Assembly: GCA_951406725.2 (NCBI GenBank)
Contig: OX597819.1
Span: 80,724,001-80,788,000, forward strand
Direction of reading: 5' to 3'
Origin: Octopus vulgaris
Lineage: Eukaryota
Length of the DNA: 64,000 bases
Each line of letters opens with the position of its first letter. The first letter of the stretch is position 1. A program made the position numbers and the translations under genes. The notes under the pieces were generated by a model, which worked only from the letters and a program-made list of their open reading frames with translations, made no database searches and had not been told where the DNA came from. Positions 14,624 through 26,178 of the stretch are shown piece by piece.

Positions 14624-14838
14624 CCGCAAATCCTCGTGTATAATCTGCATTTTTTCCCAAAATTTAAAGTTCAAAATCCCTAGTGCGTACTATATACGAG
14701 GTTAAGAATGAAAAATATTTTCTAAGCAGTGTCCGAGTCTCTATTTGCTGTTCGGCAATGTTTATTCAGACTCATTTTGTGATATCGGGCGCGAAAATAC
14801 CTTAAGCTAAGCCTGAAAGCAATGAAGTCATAAAAGAA
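14624..14838 (+). mobile_element. Truncated Tc2/pogo-like MITE (CCGTA family)
   Basis: Left end TA|CCGCAAATCCTCG; homologous to the full copies at 31868 and 45409. Confidence 0.75.
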
Positions 14839-15448
14839 AGGTATAGTCGAACACATCGACAGCGTACGTATTTTTAAGTCTGAGACTTATTCTAGTGATG
14901 TCATTTGCCGAACCGCCATGCTACGGGACCGTAAACAAGCCAACACAACATGTCAAGCAGTGGCAGGAGACAAACACAACATAAAGACACACTCACACAC
15001 ACACACACACACATACACACACTCACACACACACACACACGCACACACACACACACCGCACACTCACACACACAAACGCACATACATATACATATATATA
15101 TGACGGGTTTTTACACAGTTTCCGTCAAACAATTTCACTCAAAAAGTACTGCTCAGCCCCGAACTATAGTACTTTATTCAAGATGCCACGCAGTGAGATT
15201 GAACCCAAAAACCACGTGGCTGCAAAGCAAGCTGCTTAAATACACAGCCATCCCAGCGCCTATAGCTTAATATCTTCAATAAAATCGTTGGTGGGAGACC
15301 CCAACGAGATGCAAGGGGTAAGTTTCGAGGTGAGAAAACGAAGCAAGTGTTTTGTGCAATTTGAGAAGTTTGACATAATGAGAATGAGGAAAGGAAGGGG
15401 TGTCAGAGAGATTTAAATAGAGAGAATTTGTAAGCAGAGGTCTTGATA

Positions 15449-15989
15449 TCTAAAATAATAAACGCGAAATTCTGTCTGTCCGAGACCCCTTTATCTTAGT
15501 CTACATTTGCTCTGCAGAGACATATTATACCCTTTTGGAATCAGGATGATCCCGGGATTGAAAAATCCTCCCTTCATCTGGTTCTTGAACATCCAGTATT
15601 GGCATATGATCTAAAAGCATTTGGGTTGCTATTTCTAGCAGCTAAAGCTTGGCTGCTTCACGTCATCTTGCTTGGCGCTTTCATATGACGTCAATATCCA
15701 GGGGAGATAAATGACATTCGCTTCGTTAATTTTACGTCAAGATAAGAACTTTGGGACAAATTGGCCAACAGTTGGAATTAAACTTAGGACTGGAAGAATA
15801 GAATGATTGCTTTACAGAATTAATTCTCGTCCGTCCTTAACCACTGATCAAACACCACCGGAGTACAAAGTAATTATAAATGTATTATAGTCATGCTAAT
15901 TAGCTCTCTTCAGTTTCGGGTTGCTTGCCCAATTAACCCTACGCAGGAGCTAGCTCAAAAGTTTGCACAGAGTTAGGCTTTTAAGCTAG
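15449..15989 (+). mobile_element. Non-autonomous Helitron-like element
   Basis: A|TC 5' end (TCTAAAATAATAAACGCGAAATTCTGTCTGTC), CTAG|T 3' end, no TSD. Confidence 0.55.
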
Positions 15990-16260
15990 TTATCAATAAA
16001 ACCGAAAGGAGTATATTACTGTATCATTCCAAGATGATACGTAGTGCGATTGAAACCAGCATCTCTCATGGCTGCGAAGGAATCTTCTAAACTATTTCCA
16101 CATACTGTATCTACGATATATATATATATATTTGAGTAATTGCGTTAAGCAGTGTTTACGTATAATCACAATTTAGATTAGTTGAAATATGTTTGTCATA
16201 TATTTCAACCGCTAAAAGCAAATACACTGTACCTAAGAGAGGGTTGCCTCGCTTATGTAC

Positions 16261-16304
16261 ATCTCATCAAGAGTCAATAAACTCGAAACATCGATGTCTG
16301 AGAT
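16261..16304 (+). ncRNA. Decayed hammerhead-ribozyme-like motif between ~42-bp inverted repeats
   Basis: AUCUCA-[UCAA]-GAGU(CAAUAA)ACUC-GAA-ACAUCGAUGU-C-UGAGAU. Stem I, stem II, palindromic stem III and the GUC site are intact; the CUGANGA box is partly lost. Inverted repeats at 16188-16229 and 16385-16426. Confidence 0.5.
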
Positions 16305-16881
16305 TCCTGAAAGATGGCGACACTGAACGAACTGGGTGTTTTCACACCTTTTTACAATAAGAGAATTTTTCTCCACGGTAACCGCAGTGTATTTGCCTTT
16401 AGCAGCTGAAATGTATGACAGACATAGCAAATATATAAATAAGTTAACATAATTCAATGTCTAAAAGTTGATGAACCACCTATTGTTCTCCATTTTCTTA
16501 TTTGCTATATATATATTGACTCCTGTTTCTTTGCTCAAAACATTAAGCAACCTTTCTTTCCTTCCCTCAGCGTCTTTTAATACTTTGTATGCACCACTTC
16601 CTCGCTTTGTTGATTTTTTTTTGTTTTTTTCTTCATTTTTTTTTTTTTTAGGGGGGTTAACTATTTACCGCACGCTCACACGGAACTTCGTCCTTCCGAC
16701 TGGCTTTGGGGTACCTAATTCCCGGAATTCTTTCAACCTTATTCGGAGTACGCCATTTCTGCACCTTGATTGTGAATCATTACAATTTGTTCGTGACTCG
16801 TCCTCTTTAACTCTTTGTCCCACGATCTATCTTCTGTTCTACTTCCACTCTCCTTTTTCTTTGGGATTTTCCTTTGCCTCC

Positions 16882-16918
16882 TGTTTCTGAAGAAGAGCTT
16901 TGCTCGAAACATTAAACA
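16882..16918 (+). ncRNA. Minimal type I hammerhead ribozyme motif (Penelope-like/retrozyme type)
   Basis: UGUUU-CUGAAGA-A-GAGC(UUU)GCUC-GAA-ACAU-U-AAACA: full core, 5-bp stem I, 4-bp stem II. Stem III ACAU is probably CpG-decayed ACGU. Confidence 0.7.
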
Positions 16919-16978
16919 ACTTTTCTTTCCTTCCCTGAGTCTTTTAATACTTTGCATGTACCACGTGTATTCGTTTAT

Positions 16979-17200
16979 ACTTTTACTTATTTCAGTAATT
17001 TTGACTGCGGCTATGCTAGAATACGACCTTTAGTCGAACAAATTGACCCCAGGACTTCTTTGTAAGCCTAGCACTAATTCTGTCGGTCCTTTTTGCCGAA
17101 CTACTAAGTTACAGGGACCTAAACACGCCAACATCGGTTTCAAGCGATGATGGGAGGACAAGTATAGACAGACAAATACATACATACACACATACATACA

Positions 17201-17234
<34 letters not shown>

Positions 17235-17236
17235 CA

Positions 17237-17321
<85 letters not shown>

Positions 17322-17480
17322 GACGGGCCTCTTTCAATTTCCGTCTATCAAATCCACTCACAAGGTTCTGGTCGGTCCGAGGCTTTAGTAGAAGACTCTT
17401 GCACAAGGTGCCACGCAATGGGACTGAACCCGGAACCATGTGGTTGGGAAGCAAACTTCTTACCACACAGCCACGCCTGC
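16979..17480 (-). mobile_element. tRNA-derived CORE-type SINE with internal TA/CATA microsatellite (family A)
   Basis: tRNA-like head, CORE-like box (CACCTTG.GCAAG) and family tail; many homologous copies in the window. Confidence 0.8.
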
Positions 17481-17763
17481 GTATACATCTGTAAAGCTAA
17501 TGATTTTAATTGCCTTATCTATGACAATTCAAACATGCGCTAACTAAAACTGAGGGTTCAAGCTGCACTCAAGACGTTGAGTGAAGCGTTATTAGTTAGT
17601 CAGAAGAAAAAGAGGATCGTCGGTTCGGCAATAGAGACCGATGGAATAAGTAGAAAGTTTAAAAAACGATAAGACTGAAACAAGAGATAAAAGATAAAAT
17701 ATTGATAGTAAAGGTGACTCCTATGTAAACCGAATTTATATGGCAGAAGTTTAATACTTAATA

Positions 17764-18200
17764 CAGTTCTATATGGCGTAGTGGTTAAGAGATTGGGCTA
17801 TTAACCCCAAGATTCCGAGTTCGATTCCAAGCAGTAACCTGAATAATAATAATCAAACATACTTTTCGTATGGTTTTTTTTTTAGACATTTACTAGTACA
17901 ACACTAAGTACAAAACCAAATATAAGACACCCTAGGCATAACACCAACGTGAACTTCCAGCTTGTTGTCTCTTGAGGTCTCTGGGTGAGACTTGGAGCCA
18001 GCTTGTGCAAATGTAAAGCAAAAGTCAAACATATAATAATAATAATTACAACAACAACAACATCGAAGAATACCTTAGGAATGAGAACCCAGGTTCGAAA
18101 TTTCCCCGAAACACCTGAAGAAGGCTGGAGGGTATATCAGTCGAAACGTTGTGTTAACAACAAACAAGATGAGGACAAATATCCGTCAAATGTAAATAAT
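17764..18200 (+). mobile_element. tRNA-headed SINE carrying a 3' hammerhead ribozyme, flanked by a TSD
   Basis: A box TGGCGTAGTGG 17774-17784; B box GTTCGATTC 17819-17827; (AAT)n linker interrupted by a nested ~175-bp insertion; HHR 18110-18155; direct repeat GTTTAATACTTAATA at 17749-17763 and 18201-18215. Confidence 0.75.
18110..18155 (+). ncRNA. Minimal type I hammerhead ribozyme motif
   Basis: AACAC-CUGAAGA-A-GGCUG(GAGGGUAUAU)CAGUC-GAA-ACGU-U-GUGUU: 5-bp stem I, 5-bp stem II, palindromic ACGU stem III. Predicted cleavage after 18150 (GUU). Confidence 0.75.
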
Positions 18201-18231
18201 GTTTAATACTTAATATTTTAGACTTTATTTA

Positions 18232-18445
18232 GGAGGCGAGCTAGTTGAATCGTTACCGTGCAGGACAAAATGTTAGACAACATTTCTTCCGTCCCTTTAC
18301 GTACGGATTTGAAATACTGTTGAGGCCAACATTGCCTTTCATCCTTTCCGGAACGATAAAATAAGTACCAGTCAAGTACTGAAATCGATGTAATCGATTT
18401 TGCACCCTCCTCTCAAAATTGATGGCATTGTGCTAAAATTAGAAC
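18232..18445 (+). mobile_element. Meta-domain-type tRNA SINE (family B)
   Basis: GGCG..GAGCTGGCAGAA-type head and GCCTTTCATCCTTT..GATAAAATAAGTACCAG core. Further copies at ~19140-19307, 21650-21840, 22165-22355, 28020-28210, 30800-30985, 35680-36075, 36380-36815, 41950-42772, 54728-54935 and 58380-58975. Confidence 0.75.
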
Positions 18446-18677
18446 AACTTTATTTAGTTAAGTGATCCCGGTTGGTTTTGCAAGTCCGAATATATCCTGA
18501 TAATGAACTCAATGAACTCAGAAATTACTGGTATTAATTATATTGACCTACAAATAGCGAAAAAACTACTATAATTACGACAGAATTCATTTTAAATCGA
18601 AACGTGACCAAATTAATTACAATCAAAACGGCTGAAAAACGAACGTGAATTCCTCGAAAGAGGGAAAAATATATAAC

Positions 18678-18896
18678 TATTTTATTGTTTCTGGAGAGAG
18701 TCGTTCTCTTTTACTACCTTATTAATTTAACACATTCACCGATCTGGTTTTCATTTATTAATTAATTTATTTATTTTTAATAAAATTTTCGTTGCGTCTT
18801 GCAAACTTTTCAACGTCAATTGGAAACCAGACCGGTGAGTGTGTTAAATTAATAAAGCACTAAAAGAGAATGATTCTTCCCAGACACAATAAAATA
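18678..18896. repeat. ~75-bp inverted repeat enclosing a decayed HHR-like spacer
   Basis: Arms at 18678-18752 and ~18821-18896; spacer on the - strand reads UUGAAAA-GUUUGC(AAGAC)GCAAC-GAA-AAUU-UUA. Confidence 0.65.
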
Positions 18897-19483
18897 TGCT
18901 TCAACAAGATTATTTTGAATATTGTGCCAATCCCCAAAAATTTCAGGCCTTGTGCCTATTGTAGAAAAGATAAAGAATCCTGCAAACCAAATACAAAAAT
19001 ACATACAAAACGAAATATATCGCACATTCCTCTTAAAGGGAAATAACTTTTATGTACTTTTATTTGAATTACTTCCCTTTAACTACATTACGTTCGACCA
19101 TAAAATATTAGTTTTAAATTTTGACACGTGGAGAAGAATAATTTGATAACATCGACACTAGTATTTCACTGGCACTTATTTTATCGATCCTGGAAGAATG
19201 AAAAGCAAAGTGGACCAAGGTGGAATTTGAACTCAGAATGTAAAGACGGACGAAATACCGCTAATCATTTTGTCCAGCGTGCTAACTATTCTGCCAGCTG
19301 ACTGCCTTCTTCGGCAATAAATTTGAAAGGTGATCAGCACGTATTTGAGTAAATGTAGGGAATTGTTTAATTTCTATTTGCATCTCTTGAGTGTTTAATT
19401 GACAGTACATTTAAGTTTTCAACAGCCTATGAAAAATTTGAGCAATGTTAAATCTAGAAACTCTTAAATGGCTTAGAGAAATA

Positions 19484-20074
19484 GTAGTGGTGGCGTCGGA
19501 GGCGGCGGTAGTGGTAGCGGCGGCGGCGTTGGTGGTGGTGGTGATGGTGGTGGTTGGTCCGTCGTCGTGGCGGTGACAGTGGTTGTGGTAGTAGTGAAGG
19601 TGGCGGTGTCAGTAGCAGCGACGATGGTGGTAGTAGTAGTGGTGGAAACCATAGAGGTGGTGGTGGAGGTGTAGTGACGGAGGTAGAGGCGGAGGTGACA
19701 GTGGAAGCGGACGAGGTGGAGGTGGCAGAGGTGGAGACGGTGGTGGAGAGGGCGTTGCGTGCGATGGTGGATGCGACGCTGGAGGCGGCAGCGACGGCGG
19801 CTGTGGAGGCGGCAGCGATGGTGGCGGTGGAGGCGGCAGCGACGGCAGCGGCAGCAGCGACGGCAGCGGCAGCAGCGACGGCAGCGGCAGCATCGACGGC
19901 AGCGGCAGCAGCGACGGCAGCGACGGCAGTGGCAGCAGCGACGGCGGCGATGGAGGCGGAAATGTTGGTAACAGTGGAGGTGGAGACGAAGGTGGAGGTG
20001 GTGGTGGTGGTGGTGGTCGTCGTCGTCGTCCTCCCTCCTCCTCCTCCTCCTCCTCCTCCTCGTTGTCGTCGTCG
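19484..20074. repeat. GC/CpG-rich trinucleotide and 18-bp minisatellite tract (GGT/GGC/GCA; GCGGCAGCAGCGACGGCA)
   Basis: Direct periodic repeats; open frames on both strands are typical of such tracts. Confidence 0.8.
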
Positions 20075-20459
20075 TTAACCCTAGTTGAGCACTGACTAGG
20101 CAAACCTCTAATTGAATGCATTCCCCGTCCTTTTTTCCCCGCCAGACATTTAAGACAGCATTATCCAAATGTGTCGCCATCATAGAGACATACATTAACT
20201 GCTTTTAGATAAGAGCAAGAGACCAATGAGGACTAGTGGTAGACATCCATCCTTGATTAAAGACAGAAGTACGAACAAAATGCTTAGTGACAGAAAGACA
20301 GTCGTTCACTGTTCAGGGATTTTTTATCAATGCCACAGATGTAATGAATGTCCGTCAATACATACCAAAACACAGAATGGTGTGGTTGATGAAGACAGAT
20401 AGACCTTCTGACCAAGACAACCTAGTCTTTTCACAAAAAAACTTAAGATTAAGTAAAGG

Positions 20460-20795
20460 AGTAAAGACCCCCTTCGGTCATGAATGACCATGGGATTGCA
20501 CCTAGAAAGTTACCCTCCTAGACACAAGTCCGGGCAAGGTTGTTTATGGAAGACCAGCAGTCGCCCATGCATACCAGCCTCCTCTCTCCACGCCACCAGT
20601 GTTATCTAAGGGAAAGACAAAGGTTGATACAGCTTGGAACCAGTGACGTCGCAACTCATTTCTACAGCTGAGTGAACTGGAGCAACGTGAAATAAAGTGC
20701 CTTGCTCAAGAACACAACACGCAGCCCGGTCCGGGATTCGAGCTCACAACCTCACGATCGTAAACTCGACGCTCTAACCACTGAGCCATGCGCCT
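20460..20795 (-). mobile_element. tRNA-derived SINE (family C, TTGAGCAAG.CACTTTATTTCACG core)
   Basis: tRNA-like head with A/B boxes. Homologous copies at 24351-24680(+), 26748-26900(+), 36110-36352(-), 49585-49915(-) and 63070-63300(-). Confidence 0.8.
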
Positions 20796-20884
20796 TTACG
20801 ATTAAGTATTTCTGCATAATTAGATATTGAAAGGAACAAAATACGAACGCTATGTAATATTTTGAACACCGGGAAGAAGAATAT

Positions 20885-21117
20885 ATATTTCTTTACTACC
20901 CAGAAGGGGCTAAACATAGAGGGGACAAACAAGGACAGACAGACGGATTAAGTCGATTACATCGACCCCAGTGCGTAGCTGGTACTTAATTTATCGACCC
21001 CGAAAAGATGAAAGGCAAAGCCAACCTCGGCGGAATTTGAACTCAGAACGTAGCGGCAGACGAAATACAACTAAGCATTTCGCCCGCCGTCCTAACGTTT
21101 CTGCCAGCTCACCGCCT
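20885..21117 (-). mobile_element. Family B SINE, full length
   Basis: Near-identical to 21286-21518; flanks AAGAAGAATATA / AAGATGAATATA look like a TSD. Confidence 0.8.
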
Positions 21118-21285
21118 TCAGAAAGATGAATATAGTCAGCAGGTCAACTCGATCTTTTGGATACAGCTTTGTCACTGTGTAAGATTTCTCTTTCTATTTC
21201 TCACCTCACCACATTTTCTATTCACATGTTGATCTGGCTGAATGAAAATACAGAACAGATATATCCTGACCTTTGACCAGCTTCC

Positions 21286-21518
21286 TATTTCTTTATTACC
21301 CACAAGGGGCTGAACATAGAGGGGACAAACATGGACAGACATAGGTATTAAGTCGATTATATCGACCCCAGTGCTTAACTGGTACTTAATTTATCGACCC
21401 CGAAAGGATGAAAGGCAAAGTCGACCTCGGCGGAATTTGAACTCACAACGTAACGGCAGACGAAATACCGCTAAGCATTTCGCCCGACGTGCTAACGATT
21501 CTGCTAGCTCGCCGCCTT
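21286..21518 (-). mobile_element. Young family B SINE with 17-bp TSD
   Basis: TSD ACCTTTGACCAGCTTCC at 21269-21285 and 21519-21535; CpGs intact. Confidence 0.9.
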
Positions 21519-23299
21519 ACCTTTGACCAGCTTCCGTCGGCTTCCGTCTAGCATGGATTCGCCCATGAAGCTGATACAAAGCAAAGATACTGAATGTATC
21601 CATAACTTACGCATACTGTTCAAAATAAATTTCCGGTGTAATTAATGAGTTCAAATTTTGGCACTAAGTCAGTAATTTGGGGGTAGGGGATCGACCTCGG
21701 TGTTCAACAGTCATTTATTTTATTGAGCCCGAAAGCGATAGAAGGTCAAGTCGACGCCGGTGGAACTTAGAACGTAAAGACGGACGAAATGTCGCTAAGA
21801 ATTTTTCTCTACATGCTAACGATTCTGCCAGCTCGCCAACCTAAATTTCTGGTCTAACTAATATTATAAAAGTGTTATGTACTTCAGTACACTCACTTTA
21901 GAGTGTTGGCTTGGAAGTCAACATAACCACCCAGAAACAGTTCAGAATAAATATACAGCGTAGTCTACAATATATTACCACAGAAACATCTCTTTCCACA
22001 CAGACGAAGGATTAGACTCGATGCGTCAAATTTCTCTTCTCCCTATCCTTAAATAACTTTTATACCAAATTTACGAACTTCATTAATAGTTCTAAGATTA
22101 ATTTCCAGTGGAAACGTCTTAGCTGTTTTTGTTCCAGGAATCCCTAAATTACATACAAATAATATTGAGTTCAAAGTTTGACACACGGCTAGCAATTTCG
22201 GGGATGCCGGGGTAAGTCGTTTACATCGACCCCAATGTTCAACTGGTACTTATTTTATCGAATCCGAAAGGATGAAAGATAAAGTCAACCTTGGCGGAAT
22301 TTGAACTCAGAACATGAAGCTATCGATTCTGTCAGTCTGCTATCGATTCTGTCAGCCCACCGTCTTATATACAATTGCTATTATTAAATAGTTTGATATT
22401 CCCATATCAAACTAAGAATGTATTTGAAAATTACATTTTTAATTCCATAAAATATTGCCCATGATATAAAGCTAGAAATCTTAGATTTATTTTCCTGTTT
22501 TCATTAATCGAAAAGAGGCACGAGATTCGGTGGTATAAAGGCAGGAAAGAGCGGTTGCAAGGTGTTATGCTTTTTTTTTTGAAAACTGCAGTAAAAGAAA
22601 TTAGGTTTAAAAATACAAAATGACTCGCAAACACAAGCTTTTAAAATTGATTTCTTAATTAACAAAAATTAATTGTATTCCTAAAAAAGACAAAAAAGCG
22701 GGTAATTGTAACCTTGGAATATTTACGAAGATCTGTTACGAATGTAAAATTATTTAAGACCTTTTTCAGAGACATAAGGTACACAAGTGAGGCGAAATAG
22801 AATACTATAATGAGTTATCAGTAAATCAAATCTTAAAATTTTCGTGGAGATTTAAATTTGAATCTGTTATTCATGTAAAGTTACTGCGAGTAGCAATCAG
22901 CATCGGGGCATTTGTTGTGAATTTGGGGTATTTAGCTGTTGATGAGAAGTGTAGCTATAGTACAAAACTATTTTTTATATATATATATAGTTTGTATCTA
23001 ATAACTAATTGAAACAGATCAGACAACGCAAGTCTAGATTGGGGTTGTGTATGGATGATGTGAGTATGCGAAAGATTAAGGTGGAATGAATGATGTTATC
23101 GTCTGCATTAGAGCTGGTGTACTTAGAAATGACAGTGGGAATGTTATTAATGTACAGAGAGAAGAATGTAGTAAATGTAACTGAACTACAAGACACATCA
23201 GTGTTGTTATAGAATGTGATACGAGTTGTTCTAGTACGATCTCATAGTAAACTTCAAGAATTGTGATCAGCATAAATGCGTCTAAATTCACTAATGTAT

Positions 23300-23301
<2 letters not shown>

Positions 23302-23352
<51 letters not shown>

Positions 23353-23900
23353 TGTGTACAGTGCTCAGGTGCACTACAACTCATCTAAAGTGTATATATA
23401 ATCAGGTGTAGTTTCGGTGGATTTCGGAAAGCATGAGGGCCTTAAAGGATGCAGTGTCATGGCAGTCAACAACTGACGAAGGCAGTTTATTCCATGCTTC
23501 AGCAACTCTGAGCGTGAAAAAATGTTTCCGAAAGTCATGGGAGCTGTGTTGTTTTCTGACTTTGTAGGCATGTCCACGTGTGTTAGACACATGGAGATCA
23601 AAAAGGTGTTCAGTGTTGTTGTTGGTGAGGTGGTTGATAACTTTGTGGGTGTTTACCAAGTCCGTCGCCAGACGCCGGAGCTTCAGTGAATCCATGCCCA
23701 GGGAAACAAGGCGCTCAGAATATGGTAGGTGTCTGATGGTGGGTATGCGTTTGGTTGCACGTCTCTGGACAGATTCCAGGAGGTCAATGTTCTGAGCAAG
23801 ATAGGGGTTCCAAACTGATGATGCGAATTCCAAGTCTGGTCGTACCATAGCTGTATACAGTTTTAAATAGATGGCTGGAGAGCGGCTAACAAAAGTCTTG
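23302..23900 (-). mobile_element. 5'-truncated CR1-clade LINE 3' end with (TTA)n tail, inserted in an older LINE remnant
   Basis: ORF 23402-23848 (VRPDLEFASSVWNP..LESVQRRATK..TRGHAYK..FFTLRVAEAWNKLP) is a typical CR1 ORF2 C-terminus; short 3' UTR, then the microsatellite tail at 23302-23352. Confidence 0.85.
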
Positions 23901-26046
23901 CTTGCTTTGTCATGTTAGAAACGATCAAAGTCTTTACTGTCAATTGCAACGCAACAGCATTAATTTCGCAAATAATCTCAAAGGCGAGACACCACTTGGC
24001 GTATGATATTAGATTCGTTGTTAATCTGACCCTACAGAAACTGTACTAAATGTCATTGAGGAGTGAAAGAGATTCAAAGTGGTGAAGAGAATGGTTGCTT
24101 TCAGATATCAGTGAGAACAGTATATAGCAATAGGAGGACTGGATACATTGGCACGTTTCTCAGTAAGAGAAATAGATTTAATTGTTTTCTTGGAATAGAA
24201 AATATCTTATAAGAGCACTAACTGAAGATTGTGGAAGGAATAATGTAGTCTTCTTAGTTTGGAGTGAGTGGAAAAGTTATTGTACTTCTGACTCTATGAT
24301 GAGATTAGTGTAGAGTAAGGGAAATAAAAACAAGTTGGATAAGTTTGTGAAGATGCGTGGCTCAATGGTTAGAGTGTCAGGCTCACAATCTTGAAGTAGT
24401 GAACTCGATTGCCGGGCCGGGCTGAGTGTTGTGTTCTTGAGCAAGACACTTTATTTCACGTTGCCCCAGTTCACTCAGTTGTAGAAATGAGCTGCGACAC
24501 CACTGGCGCCAAGCTGTATTGGTCTTTGATTTTCCCTTGGATAACATCGGTGGCGTGGAGAGGGAAGGCTTGTATGCATGGACGATTGCTGGTCTTCCAT
24601 AAACAACTTCGCCCGGACATGTGCCTTAGAGGGGAACTTTTTAGGCTCAATCCCATGGTCATTCATGACTAAATGGGGTCCCTTTCTCTCTTTTTTTTCT
24701 TCTTTTGTTAAGTTTGTAGTATGTAGTGTACGTTTCATTAGTGTCACTTTAGCTTAAGCTAAAGAAACACTGATGGTGAGACCGGAATAGATGACGTATC
24801 CGTCTGGTCTCAGATACTATATTCAGTTGCAATGGTATTCTACCACCTACGATAACGACTATATGTCGCGCAAATAAATCATACACGAGCGCGCGTATGA
24901 TCCAAGATTCCTTGTACACTGAAAAAAAAAATGGTCATGACTGGAGTTAAAAACAATAGCAATCATATAGAAAGATTTTAAGCGATTTCCTGACATCTTT
25001 CTTCTTATTTTTGCTTTTCTTCGAGCATTTATTTAAAGCCTTAAAACACTGCAAGGGTTTTCTCCCTTAGATTAGAAATAATGTAGGGTTATTTCCCTTT
25101 GATTATTTTTTAAGCCGTAAGAAGTGGTAATTATGATTTCGTTTTACAGAGTTGACGTGACGCGATCAGATTTGTGAATATTCAGCCTTAGAAAACTCTA
25201 ATCAAAACTCGTCTGGGTGGACTCTTAAAGCAGCTGTTCCACAGAAGTCGGAACTTCTCCGTTTTTGTTGGGTCTTTTGGGGGATTTTTCTAAATAATTT
25301 AATATCATACATTTCAAAACAATGGACAAGGAGAGTCAATAAAATAAATCAATAAATAAACAAACAAATAAGTAAATAAATAACCCATGTCTTTCAAACT
25401 TCTCTCATCCACTTCTCACACCTCCCATTGTGCCTTCGAAACAACAGCCACCACTAAAATAATTTTTCCTGACTATAATTTTTCGTCATTTTATTGCATT
25501 TCCCATTCTGAAACACTTGTGATTCGGTTTGTTTGTTTTTGTTTTTTAATTGTTAGCATTACCATGTAAACACATTTCAGTGTGTTAAACAGTATTAAAA
25601 TTTACAAGTGATTAATTAATTTAGAAGGAAATAAACTCAATTTAGCTGACATCGCAGTGATCTCAGTATTTTATGGAACTCATTACAACTGTAAAACCAC
25701 AAATGAATGAATGCTGAGCGCCAATAATCAGAGGCGGCCTCACCTGCAAGCATATTTCATCCAAATTCTACAAATTCGCAGGCAAATATTTCTATATATG
25801 CTCATATACACATACTGTGTATACAAATATGGGTGTCTTATAGAGTTTTATATTAAAGTTAGAGATTAAAGTTAGAGATTAAGTTAGAGATGCAAGAGTA
25901 GCTAGAACTTAAGGTTAGTTCATAGCATCATAAGCATTTGCCGAATGGCTTGTAAAGGTAAAACTGGAATATTCTGTTCTGAATTTAAAATTCCAAATAG
26001 AATACTGGAAAGCCATAATGAGGAGAAACAGCATTCAAATAAGGAA

Positions 26047-26178
<132 letters not shown>

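Noticed and set aside
19473-20195. Long Ala/Thr-, Pro- or Cys/Arg-rich ORFs (antifreeze-, extensin- or protamine-like)
   Set aside because: A GC-rich minisatellite gives stop-free frames on both strands; no convincing exon boundaries.
24735-24830. Hairpins with CUGAUGG..GAGACC/GGUCUC..AGAUAC, superficially hammerhead-like
   Set aside because: Two core deviations and no clear stem I or III; cannot be supported, though it may be a heavily decayed relative.
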